Origin: Myxococcota bacterium
Lineage (GTDB): Bacteria > Myxococcota_A > UBA9160 > UBA6930
Reading direction: 5' to 3'
Length of the DNA stretch: 64,000 nt
NCBI GenBank assembly: GCA_965223415.1
Contig: OZ245002.1
Location: 2,208,001-2,272,000 of the forward strand
Below the pieces are notes generated by a model that saw nothing but the letters and a program-made list of their open reading frames with translations, ran no database searches and was not told the DNA's origin. This document shows positions 57,701 through 64,000 of this stretch, one piece after another (position 1 is the stretch's first letter; each line of letters opens with the position of its first letter). The position numbers and the translations under genes are program-made.

Positions 57701-58249
57701 ATGTACGGCATCGTCAACCGCGGCGTCGAGCAGATGCTCGTCGCTCGGTTCGGTGAGGAGCTGTGGCGCCAGGTGGTCGACGAGGTCGATCCGCAGTGGG
57801 TCGGCTTCGTCAGCATGGAGAGCTACCCGGACGAGCTGACCTACCGCCTCATCGAGGCGGCGAGCCGGAGGACGGGCACCGGCAGGGCCGAGCTGCTGGA
57901 GGCCTGGGGCGAGCAGTGGTTCCTGCCCGTTTTCGAAGAGGGCTTCGGACACCTGATCGACATGACCGGCGAGAGCCTGGGCGAGGTCCTGTCCCGGCTC
58001 GACGCCCTCTACGCCCGCGTGGCCCTCCTCTTCCCCCAGATGCGCGCGCCCGGCTTCGTGTGCAAGACCCTCGGCCCCGGTCTCTGGGAGCTCCTCTACC
58101 GGAGCGAGCGCGAGGGCCTGGCGCCGCTGGCCAAGGGTTCGCTGCGCGGGCTCGCGGCGCGGCTCGGCACGCGGGTGGAGGTGGAGCAGGTCGCGGCGCG
58201 GCCGGAGGCGGAGCACGACGTGTTCCGGGTGCGGGAGGTCGGCAGCTAG
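57701..58249 (+). CDS. H-NOX (heme NO-binding) domain protein, proximal His replaced by Tyr
   Basis: MYGIVN, FGEELW, YPDELT, LDALYARV, FPQMRAPGF, and YRSER (YxSxR motif). Confidence 0.9.
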   Translation: MYGIVNRGVEQMLVARFGEELWRQVVDEVDPQWVGFVSMESYPDELTYRLIEAASRRTGTGRAELLEAWGEQWFLPVFEEGFGHLIDMTGESLGEVLSRLDALYARVALLFPQMRAPGFVCKTLGPGLWELLYRSEREGLAPLAKGSLRGLAARLGTRVEVEQVAARPEAEHDVFRVREVGS

Positions 58250-58274
58250 CTCGGCCGAGCCCCGCGGGGAGGGC

Positions 58275-58303
58275 TTGACCACAAAACTAGAACATGTTTC
58301 AAT
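58275..58303 (+). promoter_or_regulatory. sigma70-like promoter overlapped by a KstR-type operator
   Basis: TTGACC-17 bp-TTCAAT with TGn before the -10; TAGAACATGTTTCA at 58288-58301 equals TnnAACnnGTTnnA. Confidence 0.65.
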
Positions 58304-58362
58304 TCCGCCTCGCGGCCCCGCCCCCTCCGCGGGCAGGCGGCCCCCAGCCGAGGCCCGCCCCC

Positions 58363-59544
58363 ATGCACATCGACTTCACCCCCGAGCAGAAGGCGCTGCG
58401 CCAGGAGCTGCGCGCCTACTACCAGGACCTGCTCCAGGGAGACCTCCGCCGCCGCCTCGACGAGGAGTGGGACGAGCTCGGCGGGCCCGCCTTCCGCGAG
58501 GCCATGGGCCGGATGGGCAAGGACGGCTGGCTCGTGATCGGCTGGCCCAAGGAATGGGGCGGGCAGGGCCGCGGGCACATCGAGCAGTTCATCTTCTGGG
58601 ACGAGACCTATCGTGCCCGCGCGCCGCTTCCGCTCATCACCGTCAACACGGTCGGGCCGATGGTGATGCAGCACGGGACGAAGCAGCAGCAGGAAGAGCT
58701 GCTGCCGAAGATCCGCGACGGCGAGCTGATGGTCTCGATCGGCTACACGGAGCCGAACAGCGGGACGGATCTCGCGTCGCTGCAGACCCGCGCCGTGCGC
58801 GACGGCGACGAATGGGTGATCAACGGGCAGAAGGTCTACACGACCCACGCCGGCGATGCGGACTACGTGTGGCTCGCCTGCCGCACGGATCCCGACGCGC
58901 CGAAGCACAAGGGCATCTCGATCATCCTCGTGCCCACCTCCGATCCGGGCTATACGGCGACGCCCATCGAGACGATCGGCGGCGAGATCACCTACGCCAC
59001 CTTCTACGAGGACATCCGCGTTCCGGTCGCGAACACGATCGGGCCCGAGAACGGCGGCTGGGGGCTGATCACCGGGCAGCTCAACCTGGAGCGCATCACC
59101 CTGGCCATGCCGGCGAGCCTCGATCGGCTGTACGACGAGATCGCGGCCTGGGCCGAGCAGACCGAGCGCCCCGGCGGCGGCCACATGATCGACGAGCCCT
59201 GGGTGCAGCAGAACCTCGCCAAGGTGTATGCCGAGCTCGAGGCGCTCAAGGTGATGAACTGGCGCTCGGCCTGGATGATCGATCAGGGCGCGCCGGGCAT
59301 GGCCGAGAGCTCGGCGGTGAAGGTGTTCGGCACCGAGATGGTGATCGAGTGCTACCGCCTGCTCCTCGAGATCACGGGCCAGGCCGGCCTCGTGCGCAAG
59401 TGGGAGACCGGTGCGCTCTTCGGGGGGCTCCTGGAGAGCGCCTACCGCCTGTCGATGGTGAACACCTTCGGCGGCGGCGTGAACGAGGTGCAGAGGGACA
59501 TCATCGCGGCGGCGGGGCTGCAGCTCCCGCGGGCGCGGCGCTAG
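58363..59544 (+). CDS. Acyl-CoA dehydrogenase, FadE29/ChsE2-like (steroid side chain)
   Basis: IDFTPEQ, GYTEPNSGTDLASL, KHKGIS, QLNLERI, TFGGGVNEVQRDII. Confidence 0.88.
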   Translation: MHIDFTPEQKALRQELRAYYQDLLQGDLRRRLDEEWDELGGPAFREAMGRMGKDGWLVIGWPKEWGGQGRGHIEQFIFWDETYRARAPLPLITVNTVGPMVMQHGTKQQQEELLPKIRDGELMVSIGYTEPNSGTDLASLQTRAVRDGDEWVINGQKVYTTHAGDADYVWLACRTDPDAPKHKGISIILVPTSDPGYTATPIETIGGEITYATFYEDIRVPVANTIGPENGGWGLITGQLNLERITLAMPASLDRLYDEIAAWAEQTERPGGGHMIDEPWVQQNLAKVYAELEALKVMNWRSAWMIDQGAPGMAESSAVKVFGTEMVIECYRLLLEITGQAGLVRKWETGALFGGLLESAYRLSMVNTFGGGVNEVQRDIIAAAGLQLPRARR

Positions 59545-59559
59545 AGGGTAGGAGACGCG

Positions 59560-60540
59560 ATGCCGCTCACTGCCGAGCAGAAGAAGGAGCTGGAGGCGAA
59601 GCTCTACGAGTACGTCGGGCGCCCGATCGGGCCGCCCTTCGTCGCGCGGGATCCGGTGAACGAGCCCCAGATCCGGGCCTGGTGCGACGCCATGGGCGAC
59701 CTGAATCCCATCTACTGGGACGCCGGCGCCGCGGAGAAGACCGTGCACGGCGGCGTGGTGGCGCCGCCGACCATGCTGCAGGCGTGGACGATGCAGGGCT
59801 TCGAGATGCACAAGGGCTACGACGATCCCCAGAACGAGGAGCACCGCCTGCACAAGCTCCTCACGGATGCTGGCTACACGGGCGTCCTCGGCACCGATAC
59901 CGAGCAGGAGTTCACCCGCTACCTGAAGCCCGGCGACGTCGTCACGGCGAACACGATCGTCGACAGCATCTCCGAGGAGAAGGCCACCGGCGCGGGCGTC
60001 GGCTACTTCATCACCACGCGCACCAGCTTCACCGATCAGGACGGCGAAGAGGTGGGCTGGATGACCTTCCGGGTGCTGAAGTTCATCCCGGCCCAGCCCC
60101 AGCAGGCGGCGAGCGACAGTGGCGCGGCGGCGACGCCCGCCAAGCCGGCGCGCATCAAGCCGCCCATGGGCCACGACAACGCCTGGTGGTGGGAGGGTGC
60201 CGCCGAGGGGAAGCTGCTGATCCAGCGCTGCAAGGCCTGCGAGAAGCTGCGCCATCCGCCGCGCCCGATCTGCGATGCCTGTGGCTCGATGGAGTGGGAC
60301 TCGGTCGAGTCCGCGGGGAACGGGACGATCCACACGTTCACGATCCTCCACTACCCCCAGTTCCCGGGCTACGAGTTCCCGATCTTCGCGGCGCTGATCG
60401 ATCTGGACGAGGGCACGCGCATCGTGTCGAACGTCGTCGACTGCAAGCCCGAGGACGCGCGGATCGGCATGCGCGTGAAGGCCTTCATCCACGAAGACGA
60501 AGACGGCTTCAAGCTGCCGCTCTTCCGGCCGGCGGAGTAG
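59560..60540 (+). CDS. ChsH2-like MaoC dehydratase fused to DUF35 (Zn-ribbon/OB fold)
   Basis: DPVNEPQIRAWCDAMGD.NPIY, APPTMLQAWTM, CKAC...HPP...CDAC, LDEGTRIVSN. Confidence 0.9.
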   Translation: MPLTAEQKKELEAKLYEYVGRPIGPPFVARDPVNEPQIRAWCDAMGDLNPIYWDAGAAEKTVHGGVVAPPTMLQAWTMQGFEMHKGYDDPQNEEHRLHKLLTDAGYTGVLGTDTEQEFTRYLKPGDVVTANTIVDSISEEKATGAGVGYFITTRTSFTDQDGEEVGWMTFRVLKFIPAQPQQAASDSGAAATPAKPARIKPPMGHDNAWWWEGAAEGKLLIQRCKACEKLRHPPRPICDACGSMEWDSVESAGNGTIHTFTILHYPQFPGYEFPIFAALIDLDEGTRIVSNVVDCKPEDARIGMRVKAFIHEDEDGFKLPLFRPAE

Positions 60541-60544
60541 CGAG

Positions 60545-61663
60545 ATGGACTTCGCGTTCACGGAAGAGCAGACGACCGTGCAGGAGCTCGCCCGCGAGAT
60601 CCTGGGCAACGAGGCGAGCCTCGATCGGGTGAAGGAGGCGGAGCGCTCGGAGCACGGGCTCGACGAGGCGCTCTGGGCCCAGCTCGCCGAGGCGAACCTG
60701 CTCGGCATCGCCATTCCCGAGGAGCACGGCGGCATGGGGATGGGGATCCTCGAGCTGTGCTGCCTGCTCGAAGAGGTGGGCCGGCGGGTCGCGCCGGTGC
60801 CGGTGCTGGAGACGCTCGTGCTCGGGGCGCTGCCGCTGGCCGACCACGGCAGCGAGGCGCAGAAGGCCGCGTGGCTGCCGAAGGTCGCTGCCGGCGAAGC
60901 GCTCCTCACGGCCGCTCTCGACGACGCCGGCAGTGAGGACGTGCTCGCCCCGGCCACGACGGCGCGCCGGAACGGCGACGCCTGGGCCCTCTCCGGACGC
61001 AAGCGCTTCGTCGCCCTGGCGGGCCGCGCGGATCGGGTGCTGGTTCCCGCCTGGAGCGACGCCAAGCCGTCGCTCTTCCTCGTCGATCCGCGGGGAGCCG
61101 GCGTCGCCCTGGAGGGCGCCCGGATCTCGACCGGGGCTCCGCTCTACGAGATGGCCCTGGACGGCGCCCGCGGCGAGCTGCTGGGGGAGGAGGACGCGAC
61201 CGGCGCCCTGATCCGGCTGCGGGACGCGGCGCTCGTGGGCCTGGCGTCGCTGCAGACGGGGGTCTCCAGCGAGGCGATCGCCATCACGCGGGGCTACGTG
61301 AGCGAGCGCGAGCAGTTCGGCGTGCCGATCGGATCATTCCAAGCGGTGCAGCACCGCGCGGCCGACGGCTTCATCGATCTCGAGGCGCTGCGCTGGGTCA
61401 CCTGGCGGGCCGCCTACAAGATCGCCGCCGGCGAGCCGGCGGAGCGCGAAGCGCGGGTGGCCAAGTACTGGGCCGCCAACGCCGGTGCGCGCATCGCCGG
61501 AGCCTGCGTGCACCTGCACGGGGGCATGGGCTCGGACACCGACTACCCGATCCAGCGGTACTTCTTGTGGTCCCGCGCGCTGGAGCTATCCCAGGGTGGC
61601 GCGACGCCGCAGCTCGTCGCCCTCGGTCGCGACCTGGCCGCCTGCCGGCCCGGCGCCGCCTAG
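60545..61663 (+). CDS. Acyl-CoA dehydrogenase, FadE28/FadE27-like partner subunit
   Basis: MDFAFTEEQ, REQFGVPIGSFQAVQHR, HLHGGMG.D.DYP. Confidence 0.88.
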   Translation: MDFAFTEEQTTVQELAREILGNEASLDRVKEAERSEHGLDEALWAQLAEANLLGIAIPEEHGGMGMGILELCCLLEEVGRRVAPVPVLETLVLGALPLADHGSEAQKAAWLPKVAAGEALLTAALDDAGSEDVLAPATTARRNGDAWALSGRKRFVALAGRADRVLVPAWSDAKPSLFLVDPRGAGVALEGARISTGAPLYEMALDGARGELLGEEDATGALIRLRDAALVGLASLQTGVSSEAIAITRGYVSEREQFGVPIGSFQAVQHRAADGFIDLEALRWVTWRAAYKIAAGEPAEREARVAKYWAANAGARIAGACVHLHGGMGSDTDYPIQRYFLWSRALELSQGGATPQLVALGRDLAACRPGAA

Positions 61664-61673
61664 GAGGAAGGGA

Positions 61674-62093
61674 ATGGAGACCCGCAGCTTCGAGTCCGTG
61701 CACGCCGGTGACGAGCTCCCGCCGCTGGACGTCCCGGTCTCCGCGGCCATCATCGTCGGTGGCGCCGTTGCCTCGAACGACTTCACGCCGGTGCACCACG
61801 ACCGCTCGGCGGCGGTCGAGCAGGGTCTGCCGGACGTGTTCATGAACATCCTCACCACCAATGGCTACGTCGGCCGCTACGTCACAGACTGGGCCGGCCC
61901 CGACGCCCTGGTGAAGGGCGTGCGGCTCAAGCTGGGTGGCCCCAACATGCCTGGCGACACACTCAAGATCCGCGGCAAGGTGCTGGAGACGACCGACGAC
62001 GGCGTGGCCGTGGTCGAGGTGGCCGGCAACAACTCCTGGGGCAACCACGTGACGGCGACGGTGAAGGTCGCGCTGCCCCGAGCAGCGGCCTAG
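61674..62093 (+). CDS. ChsH1-like MaoC dehydratase
   Basis: GDELPP, A.ASNDFTPVHHD, FMNILTTNG, VTDWAGP, LGGPNMPGD. Confidence 0.88.
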   Translation: METRSFESVHAGDELPPLDVPVSAAIIVGGAVASNDFTPVHHDRSAAVEQGLPDVFMNILTTNGYVGRYVTDWAGPDALVKGVRLKLGGPNMPGDTLKIRGKVLETTDDGVAVVEVAGNNSWGNHVTATVKVALPRAAA

Positions 62094-62105
62094 GAGGCGA
62101 GAGGG

Positions 62106-63275
62106 ATGCCCACCACCCTTCACGACGAGGCCGCGATCGTCGGCATCGGCCAGACGAAGTACTCGAAGAACTCCGGCGTGTCCGAGCTGGCGCTGGCCTG
62201 CGAGGCGGTGCGGAGCGCCATCGACGACGCGGGGATCGAGCCCGCGCAGGTCGACGGGCTGGTCACCTTCCTGATGGATTCGAGCGACGAGGTCGAGGTG
62301 GCGCGGGCCGTCGGCATCGGCGAGCTCCACCTCTTCAGCCGCGTCGCCTACGGCGGCGGCGGCGCCGTGGGCCTGGTGCACCAGGCGGCGATGGCCATCG
62401 CCACCGGCACCTGCGAGTACGTCGTGATCTACCGGGCCCTCAACGGTCGCTCGGGCCAGCGGATGGGGCAGGGCGTGTCCGGCGACATCGTTACCAGCGA
62501 TCTCATCCACTGGAGCTGGTACATGCCCTACGGGATGCTCACGCCGGCCAGCTGGGTGGCGTTCTGCGCCCAGCGCTACATGCACGAGTACGGCGCGACC
62601 TCCGAGGACCTGTGCCAGATCGCCCTCTCGACCCGCAAGCACGCGGTGAACAACCCGAACGCGGCCTTCTACGAGAAGCCACTCACCCGGGAGGACTACT
62701 TCGGCTCGAAGATGGTGACCGAGCCGCTGCGGCTCTTCGACTGCTGCCAGGAGACCGACGGTGGCTGCGCCATGGTGATCACCTCGCCCGAACGTGCGAA
62801 GGACCTGAAGCAGAAGCCGGCGCTGGTCCGCGGCGTGTCCCAGGCCAGCGCCGCGGGCCAGGAGCAGATGACGAGCTTCTACCGCGACGACATGGCGGCG
62901 CTCCCGGAGATGGAGCTCGCCGGCAAGCAGGTCTACGAGCAGAGCGGCCTCGGCCCCGACGACATCGATGCCACTGTCCTCTACGACGCCTTCACCCCGG
63001 AGGTGCTGATCCAGCTCGAGTCCTTCGGCTTCTGCAAGAAGGGCGAAGCCAAGGACTTCATCCGGGACGGCGCCCTCGAGGTCGGCGGTCGCCTCCCCAA
63101 CAACACCCACGGCGGCCTGCTGAGCGAGGCCTACATCCACGGCGTGAACAACATCGCCGAAGGCGCCCGCCTCATCCGCGGCCAATCCTGCAACCAGCCC
63201 GAGAACGTCGAGCACGTCCTCGTCAGCAGCGGCGTCGGCGTCCCCACCGGCGCCCTCATCCTCGGCCCCTCCTGA
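62106..63275 (+). CDS. Ltp2-like lipid-transfer protein / steroid side-chain aldolase (SCP-x thiolase fold)
   Basis: AIVGIGQT.YSKNSG.SE, GGGGA in place of the thiolase Cys, DCCQETDG, LYD, NTHGGLLSEAYIHG. Confidence 0.9.
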   Translation: MPTTLHDEAAIVGIGQTKYSKNSGVSELALACEAVRSAIDDAGIEPAQVDGLVTFLMDSSDEVEVARAVGIGELHLFSRVAYGGGGAVGLVHQAAMAIATGTCEYVVIYRALNGRSGQRMGQGVSGDIVTSDLIHWSWYMPYGMLTPASWVAFCAQRYMHEYGATSEDLCQIALSTRKHAVNNPNAAFYEKPLTREDYFGSKMVTEPLRLFDCCQETDGGCAMVITSPERAKDLKQKPALVRGVSQASAAGQEQMTSFYRDDMAALPEMELAGKQVYEQSGLGPDDIDATVLYDAFTPEVLIQLESFGFCKKGEAKDFIRDGALEVGGRLPNNTHGGLLSEAYIHGVNNIAEGARLIRGQSCNQPENVEHVLVSSGVGVPTGALILGPS

Positions 63276-63282
63276 CCAAGGT

Positions 63283-63316
63283 GTTGCGTTAGGGGCCGGT
63301 TCCGTTTGTTGCGTTG
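63283..63316 (+). repeat. Intergenic repeat, further copy of the AGGGGCCGGTTCCGTTT family
   Basis: GTTGCGTT-AGGGGCCGGTTCCGTTT-GTTGCGTT-G. Confidence 0.75.
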
Positions 63317-63348
63317 CTCCCTTCGGGGAGAGTGAGGAGAACATCAGC

Positions 63349-64000
63349 ATGCCCGAAGCCGTCATCGTCGAAGCGCTGAGGACGCCCATTGCCCGGGGCA
63401 AGATGGGCAAGGGCGATCTCTCGGGGCTGCACGCGGCCCACCTGCTCGGAAATGTCCAGCGGGGCGTCATCGAGAAGGCCGGGATCGAGCCGAAGGACGT
63501 CGACCAGATCTTCGGCGGCTGCGTCACCCAGGCGGGAGAGCAGTCGAACAACATCACCCGCCACGCCTGGCTCTCGGTGACGCCGGACGACTACTCGACC
63601 GCCGGCACCACCATCGACGTGCAATGTGGCTCAGGCCAGCAGGCGAACAACCTGGTGAACGCCCTCGTGAAAGGCGGCTCGATCGACGTCGGCATCGCCT
63701 GCGGTATCGAGCTGATGAGCCACGTGGGCCTGGGCATGAACGTGATGAACGGCCCGGGCTACTTCATCCCGGACGGCTTTCCCTACGACGCACCCATGTC
63801 CCAGTTCATCGGCGTCGAGCGGATCGCCGAGAACTTCGGCATCACCCGCGACGAGACGGACCAGCTCGGCCTGCGCAGCCAGACCCTCGCCAGGCAGGCC
63901 TGGGACGAGGGCCGCTTCGATCGGGAGATCCTGCCGATCGAGGCGCCGGTGCTGGGCGACGACGGTGCGCCGACCGGCGAGACCCGGACCGTCACCCGCG
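63349..64000 (+). CDS. Acetyl-CoA C-acyltransferase (FadA5-like steroid 3-ketoacyl-CoA thiolase), partial
   Basis: Manual translation: MPEAVIVEALRTPI...GGCVTQAGEQSNNITRHAWL...TTIDVQCGSGQQA; RBS GAGGAG; runs off the window. Confidence 0.9.
   Translation, partial: MPEAVIVEALRTPIARGKMGKGDLSGLHAAHLLGNVQRGVIEKAGIEPKDVDQIFGGCVTQAGEQSNNITRHAWLSVTPDDYSTAGTTIDVQCGSGQQANNLVNALVKGGSIDVGIACGIELMSHVGLGMNVMNGPGYFIPDGFPYDAPMSQFIGVERIAENFGITRDETDQLGLRSQTLARQAWDEGRFDREILPIEAPVLGDDGAPTGETRTVTR

Overview
High-GC (roughly 70% by eye), gene-dense bacterial window from a diderm organism: it has an autotransporter, an RND pump, a LolA-like protein and lipoproteins. The L3 motif THGTHE and the gene content suggest a Myxococcota/deltaproteobacterial-type lineage (inference). 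About 60 CDS are supported; I saw no rRNA, tRNA, CRISPR array, integrase or transposase. Housekeeping genes include mfd, an isocitrate-dehydrogenase-family gene, an orphan rplC next to rlmE and rimO, and ino1. Other blocks: an RDD/SpoIIM/DUF4129/DUF4350/MoxR/DUF58 operon, a fatty acid desaturase operon, two AurF-like diiron paralogs, a GH29 fucosidase, an RND pump, and an igr-like steroid side-chain degradation operon preceded by an exact KstR-type box. Most interesting: (1) a module of LolA-like protein, membrane sensor kinase, GAFTGA-less NtrC-like regulator, MMPL, an internally deleted MMPL relic and a receiver-less regulator paralog, a candidate lipid export/sensing system; (2) an H-NOX protein with Tyr in place of the proximal heme His, next to an HNOBA hybrid kinase; (3) a tandem two-pore K-channel-like protein; (4) intergenic AGGGG..TTCC repeats and long palindromes resembling REP/REPIN elements. 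All family calls come from motif recognition by eye, not database searches; several start codons are estimates.
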